From the sequence record ON190024.1: a stretch of 64,000 nt of DNA. One strand, 5' to 3'. The notes beneath the pieces were generated by a model. It saw nothing but the letters and a program-made list of their open reading frames with translations. It was not told where the DNA came from and made no database searches. Shown piece after piece: positions 55,861-63,154 of the stretch. Every line of letters begins with the position of its first letter. Positions within the stretch are counted from its first letter, which is position 1. Made by a program: the position numbers and the translations under genes.

Positions 55861-55889
55861 TTTAACAAACACCTTGACAGCCGTATAAT
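55861..55889 (+). promoter_or_regulatory. GTTTA-class promoter
   Basis: (G)TTTAAC-17-TATAAT. Confidence 0.7.
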
Positions 55890-55907
55890 ACACGTCGAGG
55901 TGATGAA

Positions 55908-56147
55908 ATGATAACGATATACACAATTCCTAACTGTGACGGGTGTCGTCACGCTATCGCCCTCTGTAAGTTCAAACACGTTCCGTATACTGTAATCGAG
56001 TTACAGTCGCAGACTGACATCGACCAATTACATCAAAAGCTTGGTGATAATCGCAATATTCGCGTTCCTCTGGCTATGCATGGTGACACATACATCGGTC
56101 ACCTGCCTGAATTGAAGAAATGGGTTGATGAGCAGACGTATAAATAA
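55908..56147 (+). CDS. Glutaredoxin
   Basis: CDGC, RVP, YIG motifs. Confidence 0.85.
   Translation: MITIYTIPNCDGCRHAIALCKFKHVPYTVIELQSQTDIDQLHQKLGDNRNIRVPLAMHGDTYIGHLPELKKWVDEQTYK
56139..56146 (+). promoter_or_regulatory. Late promoter
   Basis: Perfect TATAAATA. Confidence 0.75.
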
Positions 56148-56205
56148 AAGAAATTACGTACATTCTCTCCGCTGAAATGCGGCAATAAATTAAAGGAATC
56201 AAACA

Positions 56206-57102
56206 ATGACTGTATCTAATAGTAACGGTTTACCAGACATTGTTACTGTTCAAAAACGACTATATCCGCTGATCTTTACGGAAATCGTTTCTGAACAGCC
56301 AACAAAGCAACCCGTTGCAACTGCTTACGGCTTTAAAGCTGTACCTGAAGCTGATGACGGAAGCGGCTGGACTCAATTTGGGTTTAGACTTGATCGTTGG
56401 TATGCTCAAGTTGAATCTTCAAAAATGAAGACTGAAATCTCTCTTGAAACGCTGCAAGATATGCAAGCACTTGGTGTTAGTAATTCAGTGATCGTAGACT
56501 CACTAGCTGACCAAATTGCCGATGAAATCAATACGTCGATTATCAGTGCGTTGAATAGCATTTCAACTGTTGGTACTGCACTAACCCTGACGGGTAATAC
56601 TGATTTTGAAAAAGGTCAAGATCTTTATACGAAAGTACACCTAGCAGCGTCTGAAATTGAAAAAACAACTGGTTGTAAAGGCACATATGTCGTTGCGGGC
56701 GGTAAATGTTTCGGTTATTTGACTGGTTGCGGTGTTGTACAGCGAGTTGGCGAATCTGATGTTTACAAAGCATGGTCTGGTTTATACATCGTACACGACA
56801 AATACGCAACAAGCGATTACGTGACTGTAGGTGTTAAGAAAGACATGGGTGATTATGAAATCTCAAGTCTAGTATTCAGCCCGTATCAGTTCGACCAAGC
56901 GAATGACGGCGCGATTGCTTATCAATACAAGGGCACTGACCCGAAATCATTCCACCCTGTGTATGGTGTTATTGCTCGTTACGCACTAACTGTTCCGCCA
57001 CTAGAAGACAATCAGACTGGTGCAGTTGAGATTGATTGGTCGAACTTAGGTGCGCTTGCTAATAGCTCAAAGCTTTCATACACATACGCAGTAACAGTAT
57101 AA
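56206..57102 (+). CDS. 24: Short gp23/gp24-family capsid protein, probably vertex protein gp24
   Basis: QPTKQP, SLETLQDM, IADEINTSI, FSPY, SFHPVYGVIARYAL parallel gp23 motifs. Confidence 0.7.
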   Translation: MTVSNSNGLPDIVTVQKRLYPLIFTEIVSEQPTKQPVATAYGFKAVPEADDGSGWTQFGFRLDRWYAQVESSKMKTEISLETLQDMQALGVSNSVIVDSLADQIADEINTSIISALNSISTVGTALTLTGNTDFEKGQDLYTKVHLAASEIEKTTGCKGTYVVAGGKCFGYLTGCGVVQRVGESDVYKAWSGLYIVHDKYATSDYVTVGVKKDMGDYEISSLVFSPYQFDQANDGAIAYQYKGTDPKSFHPVYGVIARYALTVPPLEDNQTGAVEIDWSNLGALANSSKLSYTYAVTV

Positions 57103-57110
57103 GGTGTGAC

Positions 57111-57623
57111 ATGAAAAATCATTATGTAGATAATAAAGCTCTATACGCATCACTATGCGAATGGAAAGACGAAATGAATAAGAATCCTGATGCGACAATC
57201 CCAGTACCTGATGTGGTCGCGATTAGCATCATGAAGATTAGCGAGAACCTGTCTCGCCGTTACAACTTTAGTGGTTACACTGCTACGTGGAAAGAAGAAA
57301 TGATTGGTGACGCAATCGAACATTGCTTGCGTTACATCAAAAATTTCGATACTGATAAGTACAATAATCCACACGCTTACATCACTCGTATCTGTTTCAA
57401 TGCGTTCGTGCAACGCATTAAGAAAGAAAGAAAAGATACAGCGATTAAATATAAAGTATTCTTATGTGATTCGTCTAACTACACAGTTGAAGGCGAAGAG
57501 ACTGATTTCGAGTTTCTTCAGCAAATGTTAGAGCGTGTCAATTCTTACGAGTCTGGCAAAACGGCTAAAGCTCAACCAGATGAACAGAAAGAACCACTTA
57601 ACTTACAGAAATTTTACGATTAA
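57111..57623 (+). CDS. 55: Late sigma factor gp55
   Basis: HYVDNK, NFSGYT, EMIGDAIE, NPHAYIT, FNAFVQRIKKE. Confidence 0.95.
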   Translation: MKNHYVDNKALYASLCEWKDEMNKNPDATIPVPDVVAISIMKISENLSRRYNFSGYTATWKEEMIGDAIEHCLRYIKNFDTDKYNNPHAYITRICFNAFVQRIKKERKDTAIKYKVFLCDSSNYTVEGEETDFEFLQQMLERVNSYESGKTAKAQPDEQKEPLNLQKFYD

Positions 57624-57632
57624 GGAATTAAC

Positions 57633-59078
57633 ATGTTAGGTAACTTTGACTCATTTCTGAGTGAAAATCGCCGTCAAACTCAGGGTGGAAAAATCTACCC
57701 TAAGTTTGGTCAAGTTATTGTTGAGCTAGGCACTGCATCTACTGAGTTCAGCAAAGGCAAAGGCGTTGAAACAACTATCGGCATGATGGAGAAGGCAAAT
57801 GAGCTTAAATCTATCATGAACACTAAACTGGCTGAAGATAAAAACGTCGATGAGAAACATTTCGACATCAATCTGAGCGAGAACGTAAGCACGGTTAACC
57901 TGCTTATGGAAAACGAATTCTTGGCGCTGCCAGCTCATGAGCTACAGCAAGTCAAATCAATGATCATGTGTACTGAAGCACGTCTTCCTAGCATCGTGAT
58001 TAAAGGCGGTTCATTGGATCAAGTTGTATCTGAAGCAACGAAACTAGGCTACAAGAAAAGTGACATTCACGTTGTTTTCCCGATGCGTGAAATGAAAATC
58101 AATCTTGCTGACTCTGACAAGCTTGTTATTGAATCTCTATCAATTGACGACAATTCAGCGTCTGAGATTCTTTCAATGGCTGAAAACATCGAGCTTGGTG
58201 ACGTTTATGTGACTGTAGAATCGGTTGATTCTAAGGCTGAACTGTCTGAAATCACTGAACTGAAGATTAAATCTGGTAAAAATGCGCTGACACTAGCTGC
58301 ACTTAACCGCAAGATCATGGATCAGTTTATCGTGAAAGAAGCGAAAGAAGTTTCATATGCACGTGAGCGCAAAGAAGACACTGGTCTCCCAATGCTTGAA
58401 GGTTTCAAGGCATACGATCTGAAACAGAACATCACCATGATTGAACATGCTCAGAACGCATTCACAAAAGAGATTACAGTAGCTCCGCTATCTTCGACTG
58501 CGTGGCAAAATCTTGTTGATGTTAAAGAAGCTTACTTCGATAACGGTTGGAAACTGAAGCACAACAATACAAGCATCGTTCTAACAAATGCAGAACACGC
58601 AATGCGTGCTGGTCGTGTTTGTGAAGAATATCGAGTCGAGCTATCTGAAGCAGGTTATCCTCTTCTTGATATGATCGCAATGATGGAAAGCAAAGGCATG
58701 ACTCGCTTTGATTGTAAATCATTTGCTGAATCAATGATGAAATTCGACGGCTGTGTTACGCCAGAGCGCCAGACTGTGACTGCATTTGTTACTGAATCTG
58801 CTAGTAATCGCGTATTTCACCCGAATATTATGTCAAGCCTACGTCCTGTGACCGAAATGGTTGATGATGTTGACGGTCTAATTCGTGCGCTTGCTAATGA
58901 TCAGTTCAGTACGTTCAAAATCGGACAATCATTCTCTGAATCAATGCTTGACCAAGAAACGCTATACTCTATGATGGAAAGCATTGTTTCTGATGGTGTT
59001 GATGTATCAGTGGACGGGACTTTGATTGAATTCAAAGTGAATGCAACCAATTACCTAATCAATATCGACATCAAATAA
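57633..59078 (+). CDS. Candidate internal head protein with degenerate P-loop-kinase-like N-terminus
   Basis: MLGNFDSFLSE; GGKIYPKFGQVIVELGTASTEFSKG. Confidence 0.55.
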   Translation: MLGNFDSFLSENRRQTQGGKIYPKFGQVIVELGTASTEFSKGKGVETTIGMMEKANELKSIMNTKLAEDKNVDEKHFDINLSENVSTVNLLMENEFLALPAHELQQVKSMIMCTEARLPSIVIKGGSLDQVVSEATKLGYKKSDIHVVFPMREMKINLADSDKLVIESLSIDDNSASEILSMAENIELGDVYVTVESVDSKAELSEITELKIKSGKNALTLAALNRKIMDQFIVKEAKEVSYARERKEDTGLPMLEGFKAYDLKQNITMIEHAQNAFTKEITVAPLSSTAWQNLVDVKEAYFDNGWKLKHNNTSIVLTNAEHAMRAGRVCEEYRVELSEAGYPLLDMIAMMESKGMTRFDCKSFAESMMKFDGCVTPERQTVTAFVTESASNRVFHPNIMSSLRPVTEMVDDVDGLIRALANDQFSTFKIGQSFSESMLDQETLYSMMESIVSDGVDVSVDGTLIEFKVNATNYLINIDIK

Positions 59079-59086
59079 GGTGAATC

Positions 59087-59734
59087 ATGAAACAATTTTG
59101 TAATTTTTTAGCTGAAGTTCAGAAATACAGTTCAGCGGCTACGTCGATTCGCGGTAAAGAAGTTGCTGCATTGGTTAAATTGTTCAAGTCAGGCATGTTC
59201 GTGCCTGGCGGAACAGCACTTGACTACGGCGCGGGCAAATACGCTCGTAATGCTGAATTTCTTCGCAGTGAAGGCATTCGCACTTACGCATACGACAAAT
59301 TCAATGGGACATCGGCTGATGGTTGGAACGCAGTTAGCTTAACTATCCCAAATGGTGAGACATTCGATACCGGCTTCACGTCATACGTATTGAACGTTGT
59401 TCCTGAAGAAATCGAAGCAGAAATCATCCGTGATGTTGAGTCTCGTACACGCGGTAAAGTGTTCCATATTACACGCGGTACTGACATCACTCAGACTGTA
59501 TTCAACGTAATCAGCGGTAAGAGCAAGAATGACGTAATGATGCAATTCATTGCTCAAGAATATCCAGAGATTTACGGTCAGATTGTCGCGAACGGTGGGA
59601 CGAAAGAATTGGCTAAAGAGATTGCAACCCGTGGAGTTGTAACAGCTAAAGACAGTTTCCAACGTATTCCAGACCTATCGAAATACGGTTACAAGAAATC
59701 TGGTTCAGGTGCTTCGGTAGTGTGGACAAAATAA
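59087..59734 (+). CDS. SAM-dependent methyltransferase, dnd-associated family-like
   Basis: LDYGAGK motif I, YAYDKF, SYVLNVV; N-terminus MKQFCNFLAE. Confidence 0.8.
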   Translation: MKQFCNFLAEVQKYSSAATSIRGKEVAALVKLFKSGMFVPGGTALDYGAGKYARNAEFLRSEGIRTYAYDKFNGTSADGWNAVSLTIPNGETFDTGFTSYVLNVVPEEIEAEIIRDVESRTRGKVFHITRGTDITQTVFNVISGKSKNDVMMQFIAQEYPEIYGQIVANGGTKELAKEIATRGVVTAKDSFQRIPDLSKYGYKKSGSGASVVWTK

Positions 59735-59751
59735 TTTTAATTTATTTGAAT

Positions 59752-59787
59752 AAAAGGGTTGCTTCGGCAACCCTTTTTGCGTATTAT
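59752..59787 (+). promoter_or_regulatory. Terminator hairpin containing an early promoter
   Basis: AAAAGGGTTGC-TTCG-GCAACCCTTTTT; TTGCTT-17-TATTAT. Confidence 0.8.
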
Positions 59788-59822
59788 AGCTACATCGAAA
59801 CGAGATACAAAGAGAGAACGTT

Positions 59823-60083
59823 ATGATGATTACTGAATACCTACGCAATAATACAGTTCGCGAAATGCTAGATTGCCCTGCTACTTCGCTTGCATTCTGG
59901 TCACAAGAATTCATGATCATCCCTGATGAAGATCTAACTTTTGTTGAAAACGATGAAAACGTTCTAATCAAGATGAACGAAATCGAAGTTGTTGTGCCGT
60001 ACAATATGACGCTTGAAGATCTTGAGCAAATGTTCGGTGACGCACTAAGTGAACATGTTAGAAAGATTAAAGAACGTGTTTAA
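59823..60083 (+). CDS. Early hypothetical protein
   Basis: Conserved early leader. Confidence 0.7.
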   Translation: MMITEYLRNNTVREMLDCPATSLAFWSQEFMIIPDEDLTFVENDENVLIKMNEIEVVVPYNMTLEDLEQMFGDALSEHVRKIKERV

Positions 60084-60107
60084 CATCGGTTTATCTCATA
60101 CTATAAT
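60079..60107 (+). promoter_or_regulatory. GTTTA-class promoter
   Basis: (G)TTTAAC-17-TATAAT. Confidence 0.7.
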
Positions 60108-60130
60108 ACTCAAACATTGAAGGAAATATT

Positions 60131-60589
60131 ATGATCTACATTGAAACAAGCAACATCCTTTCTGATGACACTCTCGGCTTTGCAATGGCTGGCGCGCCTC
60201 AAGTTGATAAACTTGAGAAAAAAGAGCGTGACAATGTGCTTAACAAAGCTGTTGAAGTCAAGCTCTACGAACGTCTTCCATCGACTGCTGTACTTGATTT
60301 TCTCTTGAATCAAAAAATTCCCTTCATCGCCGTACTGAGCAAAGTAGAAGTTATTGCTGAACAGCAACGTGCATGGTTTGATGCAATTGGCAAGCACTTG
60401 AATATTGATGTGATGTACACAGATTTTCAAGAAGTCGAGCACAATCTCGATACGCTGTTGATTGCTGAAGATCGACATGAACTGAAACGTCACGCTCAAA
60501 ATAACGGTAGAATTCTACCATTCACAACTGAAACACAATTTCAATTCATTATCGATCATCTATCTTCGGTCGACAATAAGGAGCAGTAA
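60131..60589 (+). CDS. Hypothetical protein
   Basis: AAGGA SD; 152 aa. Confidence 0.7.
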   Translation: MIYIETSNILSDDTLGFAMAGAPQVDKLEKKERDNVLNKAVEVKLYERLPSTAVLDFLLNQKIPFIAVLSKVEVIAEQQRAWFDAIGKHLNIDVMYTDFQEVEHNLDTLLIAEDRHELKRHAQNNGRILPFTTETQFQFIIDHLSSVDNKEQ

Positions 60590-60939
60590 TGCAAGAGAAG
60601 CCAGATTTACTCAAAGACGACGAAATTGTTGATGTAGTCGAAGATCAAGAAGTTCTTGACTATCTTGATGAACTGCAAGCTCAACGTCGTGTGCTTGTTG
60701 AGAAAGAAGCACATCGTCGTATCAAGAAAAACTCGCGTGAGATTAAACGTCTGCGTAAACATGCTGAAAAGTGTCTAATCGAAGGTAACAAAGCGGGTTA
60801 CGTCTACGCAATCGGCAAACTTCGTTCTATTACTGGTCAGACAGTCGGTGACGATGTACTTGAAACGCTATGGGAAACGAGTCGTGAGCAAGTACTAACA
60901 ATCGCACGCTCATTTGCAGAAGCGAAAGCAGGTCAATAA
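60589..60939 (+). CDS. a-gt.4: a-gt.4-like protein
   Basis: REIKRLRKHAE...YVYAIGKLR...W..SR.Q; synteny between 55 and 47. Confidence 0.7.
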   Translation: MQEKPDLLKDDEIVDVVEDQEVLDYLDELQAQRRVLVEKEAHRRIKKNSREIKRLRKHAEKCLIEGNKAGYVYAIGKLRSITGQTVGDDVLETLWETSREQVLTIARSFAEAKAGQ

Positions 60940-61403
60940 TGGACATTAAATCAGGCGCTGGTTATCCAGCCAGTGCGCTGTCAAACTTTGCGCCTCACGC
61001 ATTCGTTGTGCGTGGTGTTGAGTGTGCTTCTATGGAAGGGTTTCTTCAGTCATTGAAGTTCAAAAACCCGGAAATGCAACGTGAAGTCTGCAAACTTGTG
61101 GGTAAAGTTGCTAAAGCACGCGGTGCGAAGAAAAACTGGCAACGCACTCAGACACTTTATTGGCAAGGTGAGCCGATTCAGCGTGCTTCGGTTGGGTATC
61201 AAACGTTGCTCGATGATGCATACGCTGCATTAGCTCAGAACGTGAAATTTCAAAAGGCACTGCTTGCTACTGGTAAAGCTACCCTTACACATTCAATCGG
61301 GCGTAAGAAGCAGGCAGAGACGGTTTTAACTGTACAAGAATTCTGTAGCCGATTGACAGTGATTCGGGAACATTTGCAGAATGAAGCTGATGAATGTAGT
61401 TAA
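60939..61403 (+). CDS. NADAR-family protein (T4 gp30.3-like)
   Basis: ALSNFA, SMEGFLQSLK, TLYWQG, ALLAT...LTHS, TVLT..EF. Confidence 0.85.
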   Translation: MDIKSGAGYPASALSNFAPHAFVVRGVECASMEGFLQSLKFKNPEMQREVCKLVGKVAKARGAKKNWQRTQTLYWQGEPIQRASVGYQTLLDDAYAALAQNVKFQKALLATGKATLTHSIGRKKQAETVLTVQEFCSRLTVIREHLQNEADECS

Positions 61404-61893
61404 ATTAATGATTCGTGCGATTGCTCGTGCGAAGAAAACAGACAAGCCTATCGTATACATTGACATGGACAACGTGCTGGTTGACTTTCAGAGTGGGATA
61501 GATGCTCTTTCTATCTGGGAAAAGAATCAGTATGAGGGTCGATATGACGAATGTCCGGGTATTTTCGCTCATATGAAGCCGATGAAAGGTGCGATTGCTG
61601 CATTTGAAGTGTTGAACAAACACTTTGATTGCTATATACTGTCTACCGCCCCGTGGGATAATCCCGGGTCATGGCAAGATAAGCGTCTGTGGGTTGAACG
61701 TTACTTGGGCAAGGGTGCTTACAAGCGACTGATCTTGTCACATCACAAGCAGTTAAACTTCGGTCATTATCTCATCGACGACCGCACGAAAAACGGTGCA
61801 GGTGAGTTCATGGGCGAACACATTCACTTTGGCACAGACGAATTCCCTGACTGGTTTTCGGTTGTGACTTATCTTACGAGTGAGAACAAATGA
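61381..61893 (+). CDS. 5'(3')-deoxyribonucleotidase (NT5C-type HAD)
   Basis: DMDNVL, LSTAPW, DKRLWV, LIDDR. Confidence 0.88.
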   Translation: MKLMNVVKLMIRAIARAKKTDKPIVYIDMDNVLVDFQSGIDALSIWEKNQYEGRYDECPGIFAHMKPMKGAIAAFEVLNKHFDCYILSTAPWDNPGSWQDKRLWVERYLGKGAYKRLILSHHKQLNFGHYLIDDRTKNGAGEFMGEHIHFGTDEFPDWFSVVTYLTSENK

Positions 61894-62930
61894 AAGTAGC
61901 ATTGCTAGGTGACTTGCATATCGGCATCAAAGATGACGACATGTGGGTACAAAATTACCAGCGCAAGTTCTTCGACTTTATGTTCGCGGAACTAGAAGAG
62001 CGCGGTGTAAAAGAAATAATTCAACTCGGTGACTGGTTTGACGTACGCCGAGGCGCAACGCAAGAAACACTTATGTTTCAGCGCACGTATCTGAATGGCA
62101 TGTTGAAAGGTCACAATACACACGTTCTAGTGGGTAACCATGACATGCACTTGCGTGAATGCATTGTACCGAATACTCCGTATGAAGTATTGAGCGTTGT
62201 ACCAGACGTTACAATCTACGAGCACCCGACGACTGTTGAGTTTGATGGTGTTAAAATTGACATAATTCCGTGGATTTGTAAAGAAAATGCAGTCGAAATC
62301 GACGAATTCATTAAAAATTCAACGTCTGAATACTGTGTAGGTCACTTTGAGTTGAACGGGTTTGAATTTCATAAAGGTCAAAAAGCAACTGGCTGTCTTG
62401 ATGCTGGTTTCTTGAAGAAATACAAACAAGTTTGGTCTGGACACTTTCATACTCAGTCTGAAGCGGGTAATATCAAGTATCTCGGTACGCCGTATACATT
62501 GACTCTTGCAGATGCTGATGATAAACGTGGTTTTTGGTTGTTTGATACTGAAACACACGAAATGGAGTTCATTGAGAACCCCGATTGTTGGCACACCAAG
62601 CTGTATTTTGACGCTGAAACGTTTGACGCGAAAACAATCCCGTCATATGAAAATCGCAACGTCAAGATTATCGTTGAACGTCGTTCAAGTGACAAGCGTG
62701 AAATCTCCTTTGATGTAGTCGAAGATCGCATTGCGCAAATTGCACATGCGTGTCAGACTCTCGATGAGCTAGACATCAAAAAAGACGTAGCAGATGACAT
62801 CAAATCTATTAAAGATATTGATGATTATGTTGCTGAATATGCAGATACTCTAGACGAATCGTCTGAAGTCAAGTCAAAAGTCAAAGCAATCTTCTCGGCG
62901 CTTCGTGCTGAAGCTCAGGAGAATGCGTGA
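61890..62930 (+). CDS. 47: Recombination nuclease gp47 (Mre11/SbcD-like)
   Basis: GDLH, GDWFD, GNHD, SGHFH. Confidence 0.95.
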   Translation: MKVALLGDLHIGIKDDDMWVQNYQRKFFDFMFAELEERGVKEIIQLGDWFDVRRGATQETLMFQRTYLNGMLKGHNTHVLVGNHDMHLRECIVPNTPYEVLSVVPDVTIYEHPTTVEFDGVKIDIIPWICKENAVEIDEFIKNSTSEYCVGHFELNGFEFHKGQKATGCLDAGFLKKYKQVWSGHFHTQSEAGNIKYLGTPYTLTLADADDKRGFWLFDTETHEMEFIENPDCWHTKLYFDAETFDAKTIPSYENRNVKIIVERRSSDKREISFDVVEDRIAQIAHACQTLDELDIKKDVADDIKSIKDIDDYVAEYADTLDESSEVKSKVKAIFSALRAEAQENA

Positions 62931-63154
62931 TGGAACGTGATTTGGTTAGTCCTTGTAAAATATGCGGTAAACTCCCGTTCATTCATAAGTCGCCAGTAAT
63001 GGCGAATGGTTGTTCATTCACAGCTTGGATTGTTGAGTGTGACAATGACGACGATGATCAGCGCACTCCGCCTTTTGTTGAGCATAGTCTAGTAGTCTAT
63101 GGTGCTACAAAAGAAGAAGCAATTGACCGATGGGATGAAATAGCGAATGATTAA
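62930..63154 (+). CDS. Small Lar-like zinc-ribbon protein
   Basis: PCKICG...VEC...TKEEAIDRW. Confidence 0.5.
   Translation: MERDLVSPCKICGKLPFIHKSPVMANGCSFTAWIVECDNDDDDQRTPPFVEHSLVVYGATKEEAIDRWDEIAND

Noticed and set aside
57100-63150. DNA glucosyltransferase or hydroxymethylase genes
   Set aside because: No such motifs in the interval where T4 carries a-gt; other parts of the genome cannot be assessed
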